A stretch of 64,000 bases of DNA from Lingula anatina. Its lineage: Eukaryota; Animalia; Brachiopoda. This document shows, piece after piece, positions 40,661-53,706 of this stretch. The notes under the pieces were generated by a model. That model ran no database searches and was not told where the DNA came from. It was given only the letters and a program-made list of their open reading frames with translations. The DNA lies in contig CM120646.1 in the NCBI GenBank assembly GCA_051362555.1, positions 21,886,001 through 21,950,000 on the forward strand, given 5' to 3'. Every line of letters begins with the position of its first letter. Position 1 is the first letter of the stretch. A program made the position numbers and the translations under genes.

Positions 40661-43287
40661 TTATGTACAGACACAGATGTGTCTGTACATATTGCCATCA
40701 CCTGCGTCTGTCGTCGCCGATGCCGTCGCCGATGCCGATGCCGTCGCCGATGCCGTGCACTTTCCTTGTAAACACGATAAGTGGAGGACAGTTTTACTTT
40801 TTGGCTTTATATTTACAGAGCTGATGAATATTCATAAAACGCAGGTCAAGTTCGAAAATCAGCATGATCGGGCCATTATTGTAGAACTTATGCTGTTTTT
40901 TCACTTTTCAGCATATATGCAACCCTGTAAACACATTTTAAGGAACACCGTTAGGCCTGTTGTCATGAAACTCACAGGAGTAATCAATCTTACTAAAACG
41001 CAGGTCAAGTTCGAAAATCGGCATGATCGGGCCATTACTTTAGAAGTTATGCTGTTTTTTCACATTTCCTCAGATTCAATTCTTAGGCATGTTAACAGTC
41101 TTATTATTTTACTAATAAGATACATAAAAGTGTTTGTTTGACATTTCCTGAATCTTTACAACATTGTTAGTTGATTATGTAAAAATGATGGTGAACTTGT
41201 TATCGTGTATTGTGTAATAAAGTGTCAAAAATGGAAATAAACTCATATCATTGCAGTTTGTCAGATGCAATCATTCACTATGTTCAGAATCTCAGGATGG
41301 AGGAAATTGGACATTTAACACTGTTGTATTGATATTTTTCCCATCTCATCAATTTTCTTAGTTGATCGTATAAAAATGGCAGTAACCTGTTAATTTTGTT
41401 TATGTTAAAAAAATTGTTAAAAATAGAAAAAAAACATTTCAGAACAGTGCTGTCTTGTTTACATTTTGGCATTTTCAAGTTGTGACTTTGAAGTTCCATG
41501 GGCCTGAAGACCTTTGCTAGTCACATTTTCTGAATATCCATGATACTAATATTTTATTATTAAAAATTGATGGTCATTAAGCTGTTTAACATTATGTAAT
41601 ATTGCATCAAAATTTGAAAAAAACTTATTTTGGGCACTGCTCCCATGATGACCATTTAAGAAAAACCATGTCACTTACTGTTCTCAAACAGTACAGTAAA
41701 TATGTACAGATGTGTCTGTACATATTGCCATCACCTGCGTCTGTCGTGGCTGGCGTTGCCATCACTGTCACTGTCACTGTCGCCGTGCACTTTCATTGTA
41801 AATGCGATAAGTGGAAGGCAGTTTTACTTTTTGGCTGTATATTTACAGAGCTGATGAATATCCATAAAATGTAGGTCAAGTCCGAAAATCAGCATGATCG
41901 GGCCATTATTGTAGAACTTATGCTGTTTTTTCACTTTTCAGCATATATGCAACACTGTAAACACATTTCAAGGAAAACCGTTAGGCCTGTTGTCATGAAA
42001 CTCATAGGAGTAATCAATCTTACTATAACGCAGGTCAAGTTAGAAAATAGGCATGATCGGGCCACTATTTTAGTTATGCTTTTTTTTTCACTTTTCAGCA
42101 TATATGCAACACTGTAAACACAAAATAAGAAAAACAGATAGGCCAATTGTCAGTAAACTCACAGGAGTGGTCATTCCTGCTAAAACGCAGGTTGAGTTTA
42201 AAAATCAGCTTAATTGGACCATTATTTTGAAGAAATGCTGTTTTTTCACATTTCCTCAGATTTAATTCTTAGGCATGTTAACATGCATGTTTCATTATTT
42301 AATTAGTAAGATACGTAAAAGTGTTTGTTTGGCATTTCCTGCATCTTTACAACATTATTAGTTGATTATGTAAAAATGATGGTAAACTTGTTATCGTGTA
42401 TTGTGTAATAAAGTTTCAAAAAATGGAAATAAACTCATATCATTGCAGTTTGTCAGATTCAATCATTGACATTCACTATGTTCAGAATCTCAGAATGGAA
42501 GAAATTGGACATTTAACACTGCTCTATTGATATTTTTTTCCATCTTATCAATTTTCTTAGTTGATCATATAAAAACGGCAGTAAACTGTTAATTTTGTTT
42601 TATGTTAAAAATTGTTAAAAATGGAAAAAAAAAATTCAGAACAGTGTTGTCTTGTTTACATTTTGGCATTTTCAAGTTGTGACTTTGAAGTTCCATGGGC
42701 CTGAAGACCTTTGCTAGTAACATTTTCTGAATATCCATAATACTCATCATTATGCTGTTAAACATTATGTAATATTGCATCAAAATTTGAAAAAAAAAAA
42801 AACTATTTTGGGCACTGCCCCCATGATGACCATTTAAGAAAAACCATGTCACTTACTGTTCTCAAACTTACAGGAAAGAAACATGGGACTAAAATACAGC
42901 TTCAGTAGGCAATGCAGTCTGTTTGGTAATTCTTACTGCCAGTTTAACAGTTTTTTTGTGAAAATTTAATTTTTCACATATTGGCATTTTCAAGGTGTAA
43001 CTTTGAAGTTCCACGGGCTTGAAGACCCATGCTAGTCACATTTTCTGAAAATCCATGTATATTTTATTATTAAAAATTGACGGTCATTATGCTGTTAACC
43101 ATTATGTAATATTGCATCAGAATAGAAGAAAACACAATTTTGGGTGCTGCTTGAGCATAATTAAAATTTGATGTTGAATTTGCAGTTTAACATAATGTAC
43201 TTTTGCATCAGAATTGACAGTAGCCTATTTTGTGCATAGTTATTTCCTGTTTTTTGTCTGTACATTTGACAGCTTTGCTGCCTTGTT
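40661..43287 (+). mobile_element. HINE family 1 copy with a second internal head near 41700
   Basis: Termini as above. The paralogous intron at 46860-46893 lacks it, which defines the insertion site. Confidence 0.88.
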
Positions 43288-43303
43288 TTTAAAATTCTCT
43301 CAG

Positions 43304-43481
43304 GTCAAAGATCTTGCCCTTCTAGTGAAACCGTTATTCTTGAACCAACCGAAAAAGAAATAGAGAAAAATGTTGGTGACATTTTGAAGGTGATTGCTAA
43401 TGTGAAAGACAAAACAGCCAACCAGCAAATTGAGGTCTCCTGGTTTGATCCCAATGGAAGAAAAATTAACTCTGATTCAAG
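43304..43481 (+). CDS. First half of post-TM Ig-like domain, copy 1
   Basis: Acceptor ttctctcag|43304, donor ag|gtacag, phase 1-2. Translation QRSCPSSETVILEPTEKEIEKNVGDILKVIANVKDKTANQQIEVSWFDPNGRKINSDS. Length and splice sites are conserved in the paralog at 46894. Confidence 0.82.
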
Positions 43482-43783
43482 GTACAGTGTAAAAATAAGA
43501 ACAAATGCATAAGCTTCTTTAAATAAATTGATACATACGGTAGAACTGATAACTATGTAATATGGTGTGTGTGTGTGTGGAGGGGGGGGGGGGGCAGTTG
43601 TCTGAGCTGTGATTCACCTGGGTGCCATTATTAAGTTAGATATGTTGATCCAGACTTTTTTGTTTAATTGATAGGACTGTTATGAAGGTATTCATAACCA
43701 AGCATTTTATTATAACAGAAACAAACTTTATAAGCTATGCCATTGTTAGTTTTGTCAAAACATGATGTGTTGTGATCTTTCAG

Positions 43784-43926
43784 TAAATCAGGTATATCTG
43801 GAAAAGATGGCTGTTTGACTATCCAAACCATCAAGAAGGAGCATGGAGGGGAATATATTTGTAGATGGAAGAGATGTGTGGAGGATTCAAGTGGAGAAAT
43901 GTCTTTTGTTTTAAAGGTTGCCTCTG
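43784..43926 (+). CDS. Second half of post-TM Ig-like domain, copy 1
   Basis: Acceptor tctttcag|43784, donor g|gtatgt, phase 2-1. Translation SKSGISGKDGCLTIQTIKKEHGGEYICRWKRCVEDSSGEMSFVLKVAS. Confidence 0.82.
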
Positions 43927-44004
43927 GTATGTAATTCTCTCAAACTTTCTCTTTATGTAAGAGATAATGTTTACCTACAACCTTATGATTATCAGTGGAA
44001 TTAT

Positions 44005-46468
44005 TTGTACCACCAGCGTTAGCGCTGGCGGTACACATGTTTTTAGTCCCGTCCGGTCCGTTCTGCCGGCTCTGTGGCCATGTTACCGTTACCGCTTCTC
44101 CTCCTAGACGGTAAGGGCCTCCATACTCATCTCTTGGATTTAGGTCATCTATAATCTCAAATCGTTCCACGTAAAATTTGGGCTTTGTCAGTATTGGGGT
44201 CTAGGTGTGGCACTCATTGTAATGCACCCTTGTCCAAAAATGGCAAAATTAAAAGCTAATTATCTACCCTACGGGAGGAAGTATGGGAAAAATTTCTACA
44301 GGCGGCTTTCCAAAAGTCATATGTGTAGATTTCAAATATGCCCTTGGATTTGACCTTTGACCTTTATTTCAAGGTCAAACGGGCCAAAATTTTCAAAAAA
44401 ATGAATTTTTTTACGAAAAAAAATTTATTTGCACTGTTATTCAGACACCACACTGACTTAACCAGTAATATTTATGGAAAGTGTTACCCTTGGTGTCATC
44501 TATCATCTCTGTAAATTTGGGGTCAATCGGTGCATTTTCACGGGTGTAGCAGCTATAAGATACTGAAACTGAAAACTGTCTCTAATTCGGGAACCGTTAA
44601 TGCTAGAGACCCATTCTTTTTTGCATTTTGTAGAGCATGTAAAGCCCAACACTGAAAGTGGTCTCCGTTTTTTTGTATTCCATACGGTTTTCGAGTTACG
44701 CTGTATCAAAAAGTACATATTGGTGGTGAAAGCAAAATGTGCAGTACGGTAATGGATAATAAATTTTGAACTCTGGAAAAATAAAACATAAGGCTTGGCG
44801 AGGCAGACAACCTGTGGTTAAAAATGACATTATTTCATCAAATTTGAACATCTGGAACTTCAGAGCACCTCCCATTTCAAGAATTTTGACCAAAATGACC
44901 TTTTCTTTATTTTAATTAATTTTTTCTGTAGGAAATTTATGGCACATTAAGGTAACTCCGAAATTATAACATTTAGTCCCTTAAATATATCTCCAAAATT
45001 GGCAGAGATAGGTCCATACTTACTATTGAAGTTGAATAGGAAGTCATATACTGGCAATCTTACTGTGACCTTGAAATTGACCTTTGACCTACTTTTCACC
45101 ATGAACTGAACTCTGCTAATTTCTGTCTCTTTTAACTCCAAACCTGGCAGAGATAGGTCCATAGTTACTATTGAAGTTGAAAAGGAAGTCATATACTGGC
45201 AATCTAAATGTGACCTTGAAATTGACCTTTGACCTACTTTTCACCATGAACTGAACTTTGCAAATTTTGCTTCCCTTATATCTCCAAAACTGGCAGAGAT
45301 AGGTCCATAGTTACTATTGAAGTTGAATAGGAAGTCATATACTGGTAATCTTACTGTGACCTTGAAATTGACCTTTGACCTACTTTTCACCATGAACTGA
45401 ACTTTGCAAATTTTGCTTCCCTTATATCTCCAAAACTGGCAGAGATAGGTCCTTAGTTACTATTGAAGTTGAATAGAAAGTCATATACTGGCAATCTAAA
45501 TGTGACCTTGAAATTGACCTTTGACCTACTTTTCACCATGAACTGAACTTTGCAAATTTTGCTTCCCTTATATCTCCAAAACTGGCAGAGATAGGTCCAT
45601 AGTTACTATTGAAGTTGAATAGGAAGTCATATACTGGCAATCTTACTGTGACCTTGAAATTGACCTTTGACCTATTTTTCACCATGAACTGAACTTTGCA
45701 AATTTTGCTTCCCTTATATCTCCAAAACTGGCAGAGATAGGTCCATAGTTACTATTGAAGTTGAATAGGAAGTCATATACTGGCAATCTTACTGTGACCT
45801 TGAAATTGACCTTTGACCTACTTTTCACCATGAACTGAACTTTGCAAATTTTGCTTCCCTTCTATCTCCAAAACTGGTAGAGATAGGCCCATAGTTACTA
45901 TTGAACTTGAATAGGAAGTCATATACTGGCAATCTAAATGTGACCTTGAAATTGACCTTTGACCTACTTTACACCATAAACTGAACTTTGCAACTTTTTA
46001 ATGCTTTGCAACTTTTTAATGCTTTTATTTTCAGAGATACGACCATAGTTACTATTGAATTTGAATAGAAAGTCATTAGAGGCAATTAACTGTGACCTTT
46101 GACCTTCTTTTCACCATGAACTGAACTTTGCAAATTTTGCTTCCATTTTATCTCCAAAACTGGCAGAGAAAAGTCCATAGTTACTATTGAACTTGAATAG
46201 GAAGACATATACTGGCAATCTTACTGTGACCTTGAAATTGAACTTTGACCTACCTTACGATGAACTTTAATTTGATTGTACCATTTTTAGTTATATATAT
46301 TTTTTGCATATTTTGAAAATTCTTGTTGATTGCATTTTTACAGCTTGTCAAGCACAAGACTGGTGGCTGTGTCCCTTATTTTGTGTATGTGGGGGTCTGT
46401 ACGAATGCGCTTGCTCCAGCTGGTGGTACAATATTCGGAGGCGGTATCGCCTCTCTGATCATCTAGTT
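44005..46468 (+). mobile_element. HINE family 2, second copy with about 9 units of 146 bp
   Basis: Same termini as 20932-24483. Absent from the paralogous intron near 47560 (gaattatt|ttccaat), no TSD. Confidence 0.9.
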
Positions 46469-46893
46469 TTCAATAAAAATTTAAGTGTGAGACACCCTGT
46501 GCGATACAGGAGCAGTGATATCATATTGTTAAGTAGTTATGTTATGGTCTTTTGACTCCCTGACAAGGTCCATTGTTAGTACCTTTAATTTATGTTGAAA
46601 CTAGCCAAAGCAGTAAATTTTAAATACTGGTTATTTTGTGACAATCTAAAAAAAATACAAACTAGCAGTGCAAATAGCTAATTATAGATTTTATTTAATG
46701 CTGAATGTCACAGTGTGTTTCATTTTAAGTAGATAATCTCTGAAACTTCACAAGTGCAAGGATTAGTTATTTGTTAGGAGTGCACAAAATGAATTAATCT
46801 TTCAACACTACTAGGTTGTATGAAACTTGTTTTGCTCTGTTGCTTCCTGACACAGCGGTCTTTTCTGTTAACTTCTTTTTTACATTATCCCAG

Positions 46894-47071
46894 GTAATCG
46901 ATCTTGCTCCTGTAGTGAAACCCTTATTCTTCAACCAAGCGGAAAAGAAATAGAGAAAGATGTTGGTGACACTTTGAAGGTGATTGCAACTGTGAAAGAC
47001 AAAACAACCAACCAGCAAATGGAGGTCTCCTGGTTTGATCCCAGAGGAAGGGCAATAAACTCTGATTCAAG
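46894..47071 (+). CDS. First half of post-TM Ig-like domain, copy 2
   Basis: Acceptor atcccag|46894, donor ag|gtaaat. 178 nt like copy 1. Translation NRSCSCSETLILQPSGKEIEKDVGDTLKVIATVKDKTTNQQMEVSWFDPRGRAINSDS. Confidence 0.82.
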
Positions 47072-47348
47072 GTAAATTGTGAAAAAAAAAAATAAATAAA
47101 TGAGCTTCTTAAAATAAATTGATACATTGAACTGATAACTATGTACATATGCTAGGGGGGGTACAGTTGTTTGTGATTTACCTGGATACCATTAGTAAGA
47201 TATGTTGAACCAGATTTTTTTGTTTAATAGATAGGACTGTTATTGAGTTATTCATCACCAAGCATATTATTATAACAGAAACATCATTAACTTTATAAGC
47301 TATGCCATTTTAGTTTTGCCTAAACATTGATGTGCTGTGATCTTTCAG

Positions 47349-47491
47349 TAAATCAGGTTTATCTGGAGAGGATGGCTGTTTGACTATCCAAACCATCAAG
47401 AAAGAGCATGGAGGGAAATATATTTGTAGATGGGAGAGATGTGTGGAGGATCCAAGAGGAGAAATGTCTTTTGATTTAAAGGTTGCCTCTG
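47349..47491 (+). CDS. Second half of post-TM Ig-like domain, copy 2
   Basis: Acceptor tctttcag|47349, donor g|gtatgt. 143 nt like copy 1. Translation SKSGLSGEDGCLTIQTIKKEHGGKYICRWERCVEDPRGEMSFDLKVAS. Confidence 0.82.
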
Positions 47492-47725
47492 GTATGTAAT
47501 TATCTTTATGTAAGAGATAGTGTGTACCTATAACCTTATGATTATCTATTCAGTGGAATTATTTTCCAATAACAATTAAAGTGCAGGTAACCCAGTGCAA
47601 TATAAGAGCAGGAATATCATATTATTATAAAATAGTATGTTAAATAACAGTGATTTAGAAGTACCACTATTTTGCTACATACAAATGGTTTTTTTGATAA
47701 AAGTTCCTTACATGGCATTAGTCTT

Positions 47726-49558
47726 CACTAGTGGGCTTGATTTGATCTTAAAGTGCAATTTAAGATTCCAAATAGTCTTATGTGATCTTGAGTAAGACCA
47801 TTTCTGCACTGACAGCCAATTAAGTTGTCTCGCCTTACACATTCTTCTATAGTGAGCAGAGGTGACCTCTTTTGTGAGGAGAGGCATCCCCCATTGTGAG
47901 GGGAGAAAACTGCTTGACATCTTAAGGGGTCTAGGATATTAACGAAAAAGTCCAAAACTAATGCAGCTAATCAAATTTCCTATTAACTAAAGGATGTGGT
48001 CTAGCAAGCAAAGCAATTTTCCAAAGTTTGTAGTCACAGTGTAACACGAGTGACGTAATATCAGCATTTTGGGGCTAAAATTGTCATTTTTTAAATCAAG
48101 ATTTTCTCTTAAACAAAAAGCCCTATAAATACGATTGAAATAGCTAAAGGTTAGCACAAAAACCAGTAAACTTAGTCAGGATTTTCTCTTATTATCTTTA
48201 CTTTTGATTTTATTTTGATAAAACGTGAATTTTACGAAATATATATAGACCTTCCACTTTCAGTTTTAATAACTTCAAAAATAAAAGGTCAATCAAAAAT
48301 TCAAGACTCTGTTGACTAGATATTATACTGAAACACAGACACATCAAATTTCATATCAATCTGACAGTTAAAGAATGAGATATGGGGATTGAAGTTTAGG
48401 CTATGTTATCAATTTTCAAAGCTGAGAAATCGCTCATAAACCATTTGGCTCAGGTAATTGGGCTAATTTAGCAAATTAATTGCACCTCCACCTGTTATCA
48501 TCTTATTGATCGGGAAGGTCTATAAACCATTATGTGGGTTGTTTGTTTCTATCTAGATGCCAGAAAATCTTACTTTTGTACGCAAACTTATTCACACCAT
48601 GAAAGCCGCTCTTCCCTGAGAAATGATTGACAGCTGAGTAGGCCTACCTACTCTCACTGACGTAATTAATCATACTTGTGCCTGACGCAGTAGAAGTCTG
48701 TGCACTGTCTAGGAAGTGTCTAAGGAAGGGCTAACAAACAAAAAGAAAGTTACTTGAGGTGCAAGCAGAGGACAATGCCACCCGTCGTGCGTGGACGCCA
48801 CTCTACACACCAAGACATGAAAATGGAGAAAGCAAAGAAAGAATTACTCCAAGAAATGGCCAAATGTGGGTACGTATCAGCCACGATGCCAGAGAGTGCC
48901 AAGACCATAATATGCTAGTTTGAAAATGTTTTGGGTGGCAATATTATTCATAAACTTGATTGCTGTTACAATTTTTTTGTGAATAAAATGATTGCCTCAC
49001 GATTTTTTCTGACAACCCCAGATGTTGTACGAATTCTCAGCAGCTCAAGTGTGATCTTGAGTCTTTCCCTAGATGTGATTGAGACGCTAAGGGAGAAAAT
49101 TTAATATATTGTTAACAATGTAATGGAAACAATATAATCTCAGTTTAGCTGACATAAGACTTATTAGCTGCCAGTGCACGCGTAACAGCTTAAGACAAGT
49201 TAGACAACCATTCTTGCCCCGCCCCCCATAGTAACGGTGCTTGACAACGGAGGCCGAGCCTAGAGGCCACGGACAGGTAGAAAAACTAGTCCAAATGTAT
49301 ATTTTTAGTCCGTGTTGCAAAAATATAACTTAATTGAGTATTAGATTCAATATTGATTATTTCTAACGTATAAAAAAACTGAAAATCGAGTTTTAGACAT
49401 ATTTGTAATATCCTTGACCCCTTAAGTAGATGTTAGATCATTTGTGATCTTAAAAGCAGATACAGTCCATTTTAAGACTACTGCTATTATGATTAAGACC
49501 GTGTTAGATTATTTGTGATCTTAAATTGCACTTTAAGATCAAATCCAGCCCACTAGTG
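47726..49558. mobile_element. CACTA-like element, copy 2 (opposite orientation), hosting a Kolobok-like element
   Basis: CACTAGTGGGC termini, TSD CTT. Confidence 0.85.
47926..49421. mobile_element. Kolobok-like non-autonomous element
   Basis: TTAA|ggggtctaggatatta ... taatatccttgacccc|TTAA. A single TTAA sits at the empty site in CACTA copy 3 (about 53379). Confidence 0.8.
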
Positions 49559-50343
49559 CTTATAAGGTCAAATTTAGTAAATTGTCAATTCAAAATGCCA
49601 ATGAGCTTGCTATAATCTATTTTTCACAACCTGCAGCTTTTTAAATGTGTAAGGTGTGATTATTTTCATTTTGAATACAACAAAATTTCCCTGGTTTAGG
49701 TGTGAATTAATTAGCACATTTTTTTTCAGGTTTGCCATATTTAACATGTTCCAATAGAAGGCTTAACATGTTATATTTTCTCATTTGCCTGGTGTTGTTT
49801 AAGCATAAAAAAACTGAAATAGATTTTGTATTCAGTCTCATATGTTGATGCACCTCTCTCAGTTTTGGTCAGAAATATTTTTTAAGTAAAATAAGAAAAT
49901 GGTTCAAAAATTCTGTCATTTTTGTCTTCATTGTGTGCTACTTACTCAGACTTGATTGATTCAATGTCTTTCTAAACTCTTTCTTTCTTTGATCAAATTG
50001 TACATTCCTACTGGTACCATATCTGCTCATAGCACAGTTACATCTAAACTAACAACTACTAGTAAGTACATCATGCACCCATTGTACATACTTGAGTTGC
50101 ATGGCCAGTATGAGCTTTGAGGTGGAAATGGCAAATAGGTTCATGATGATGATGAAAATTAATGCATTAAATAGCCAAAAACCAAGATGGCTACAGTGAA
50201 TTTATTTAATCAAGATGGAAAACATGTAGACAAGATTATCAAATGTATTAATGGTATGATTTTAATTTTCACTTATTGTAGAATTATATGGGCAACATAC
50301 ATGCACTACATGTGTATTACTCTGTCAGCATTTTAAATCTATA

Positions 50344-52957
50344 TACGTAATATGCCAAACAATTCGACCAAGATTAATTAATTAATTTCATGGAAATGTC
50401 AGTTTGGTCGAATTGATTAAAATACAGCAATTGGAAACCTTTGATATCGTCGGATTGTTAGGGGCATCTGCCAAAACGTCCATCTTTCCGGAAGCATTGC
50501 ATTTTACTGGAAGTGTTACGCAAGATAAGCCGCAATTTTCGCCTAACACGTGTTTCAGGCATGTTTTATCCTTCTTCTGAAATCTTATTTTGCTGTGTAC
50601 AATACAATGTATGTGCTAACATTACTTAACATTAAAAAAGACGACAATTATAATTTCTAATTATATATTTCCCTCACCTACGATCATTTTCATGATGCGC
50701 TTCACAAGTGGGACGAGTATTTCCCCGGAGACAGGTGTTGTAAACAAAGGCCGGTCATTTATATTTGAAACCGGTAGCTTTAGTGGACTTAAACTAGTTA
50801 TGTGATCTACGTACGCCCTATTTGAATTTTAATATGACAACTGAAATCAACCGAATTGAATTTTTTTTACCAGTCTGAGATCAGTTGTTTTCAACCCGCA
50901 AGGCTTGCTCAGCGTCGAGGCATAGACGTACGTACTAGTACTTCCGAAGAAAATTCAATCACCCGTATCAAAGAATACCAACTGGTGCTCAAACGAAAAT
51001 CAGTGTAACTTCAAATTACTTTTAAGTATTTTATTTAAAAAGCATGTCATATTAAAACATATTGGGAAAAGGCAAAATACGAAGCCTACCTGTGCCGATA
51101 GACATACAGTATCTTGCTGGCACTCTTCCGATTTTCTTACTTATATGCTCTCGCTGTGCACAAACCACGGTGCATATTGAAAACCCCACTGATACAACCC
51201 GAACGTAAAAAAGCATTTAATTGCCATAATTTTCACAAAACAGGTGCTTTTATAATTTGACGTGAGAATTGAGAACATGCAGAAAAGAAAGACTGGTCTT
51301 ATCCGGTCTGATCTAGCATAGCGCAAACCACATGTTAATGAAGACGGTTCCATTTTGGGGGAGGGGGGGTCACAGGAATGGAGTTTTTTCGTGGATTACG
51401 CTAAATATTATCAACATTTCATGCACCTGGCACCCTGAGCTTCAGAGATAACTTGACACTAACCTCTTCACAATAGCCTATCTTCATCGTGTCAAGTTAC
51501 CTCTGACCACATTCGATTGCCCGCGCCGCCCGCCAACCAAATTTAAAGCCCGCACTCAATGACTCATTGAACGATCTAGCCAATGAACGCGAACGAGTCA
51601 AAGCGCGCTTTGTTCAAATCCGGACCAATCAGAGATAAGGCTCAATATCAGGGACTTGCCGTAACCTGTGGGCAGCACGCAAAATACATCATCCCTCAGT
51701 AGATAATGATGCAGGGCCTCAAACTGCTCTGGTTTCAATTCCGATATACTCATATTTTGCAAAGAATCAAGAGATAACTTAACACATTATTTTACGTAGT
51801 CACTCGTAGAAGACGCCATGCTTTCTTTGTGTACGGTTATGCACTCGGCACTACTCGGATGTCTCCGCACTCGACAATAACTTTGTTGTTAGTATGGAGC
51901 TTGCGGAATCAGCCGAGGATTACCGATTGACGGTCAACCAATCAGCGTTTTCACCAAACTTTGGTGAAAAATTTTGAAACTTGGATTCGATTGGCTTATA
52001 TAAACTAGGTCAAACTATTTTCGTCAGAGGTAACTTGACACGATGAAGATAGGCTATTGTGAAGAGGTTAGTGTCAAGTTATCTCTGAAGCTCAGGGTGG
52101 CACCTGGGGAAATAGAAAGTGACTCACAGGTAACGTAAATACCCAGTGGAACTCTCTATGAAGCTCCCATGGAGTTAAGGAAGACGTCATTTTTATTGTT
52201 GACAAATCAGTTATCCATGTAGGTGAACAGCTACACGTGTTCGTCAGATTTTGACAGCGCGTGGTATTTGGCGCCAAGAAGTCTGGGCGGTCGATCCCGC
52301 TGATCTTTCGGTCGATTGTAGTAAATGTGAGATCTTGCGGTGTTGACTTCAAGAACGTTTCCCCATCTGCATATATATTTCAATCGAACTTGAAAATAAA
52401 TTGCTTATTCTTCCCAAACTTTTTTATTGCCAGCAAACGCTATTATAATACTAGTATATGGTCTTTATGAAGGTGTTTACCACGTATTCTACCCACTGTC
52501 GATACTTGGTTTCATCCATAATAGACCTTTTTTTTTTAAACCCCCCCCCCCCCCCCCAGTTACGGGCGTGATGAATCAGTCAGCGAGGGCAAGTCTGCTT
52601 AATTAGCACAATTTGTATGTCTATAAGCACTATTATTGTCATCGGGGACAAAAGAAATGACAGGTACGTCATGCTTCCAGATTAGATCTTCAATTAATTG
52701 TTTCTTCCTCATTGACGAGAGCTATTGAAAGAACAACAATTGACAAAGGGCCAAGGCATGCAGCATCTATTTCACTGGCTTGAAAATTTACCGAGTCTTG
52801 CCGACGATGTGGTCGAACAATCGGAACAAGAAAAAAATTATGTCGCATGATTTTGACGTATGGACTAAATGTTTGAGCCCAGAAAAATTAATTTTATAAA
52901 ATAATTTTTGTGGTCGGATTGACTGGGCCCGTCGAAATACTTGGCACATTACCGTAC
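50344..52957. mobile_element. Second pogo-like non-autonomous element with diverged TIRs
   Basis: tacgtaatatgccaaacaattcgac ... gtcgaaatacttggcacattaccgta. The ends are related to those of 28221-31636. Confidence 0.6.
51431..52099. mobile_element. Young MITE with perfect 77-bp TIRs and an 8-bp TSD (hAT/P-like)
   Basis: TIRs at 51431-51507 and 52023-52099, TSD GCACCTGG on both sides. Confidence 0.92.
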
Positions 52958-53575
52958 AAGGCTTTGGACTCAAAGTTTTTTTTTTTTTTTTTTTTAATTA
53001 AAATGATGGCTTTGTGAAAGACCTGCAAAGTATGTAATGCTGAACATGTCTGGCTATTATCAGTTTTAATACAAAATGTGAAGATATACCATAAGTCATA
53101 TGTATGTACAAAATGAGCAAAGGTAAATTATGGTCATCTTGTATTGTGGCTGTTTCCATAGCTTTATTTAGATATGCCTGTCCATTTGTCTATATTATAT
53201 AGGTAAATAAACAGGTATCAGGAATATCCCCCCCCCCCCGCCCCGCACTAGTGGGCTGGATATGGTCTTAAAGTGCAATTTAAGATAACTAGTTATCTTA
53301 TGCGATCTTAATCATTACAGCAGTAGTCTTAAAATGGACTGAATCTGCTTTTAAGTTCAAAAGTGGTCTAACATCTACTTAAATGGTCAAGCAGTTTCCT
53401 CCCCTCATAATGGGGGACACCTCCCCTCACAACAGAGGACACCTCTGCTCTCAATAGGAGAATGTGTAAGGGGAGACAACTAAATTGGCTGTTAGACTAG
53501 AAATGGTCTTAGACCCCATTTCCAGAGATTAGATCTCTGGGTGTTCACGCCTTACAGCTTGTAGTAGGCGGGACG

Positions 53576-53706
53576 TGTAATGTTACGAGCGGAGGAGCGC
53601 ACACCAGACGACACGTTGTTAATAATTACTCAACTGCAGCACACAGCCGCGCTTTATTCTAATTGGATAATATTACATAATGTGCATGACGCACCACTAT
53701 GTGACA
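53576..53706 (-). repeat. 3' LTR of the Gypsy element
   Basis: Identical to 63217-63347. Preceded on the minus strand by a polypurine tract (plus strand 53707-53719, t/c-run/tttt). Confidence 0.95.

Noticed and set aside
1540-47491. Assigning a gene symbol (nephrin, hemicentin, NCAM, Dscam, Alr)
   Set aside because: Only generic Ig motifs are visible and the domain architecture matches none of these genes.
50038-50061. Possible 24-nt phase-1 microexon (VTSKLTTT) with a gtaagt donor after the post-TM Ig exons
   Set aside because: The acceptor is weak and the exon is too short to support without RNA data.
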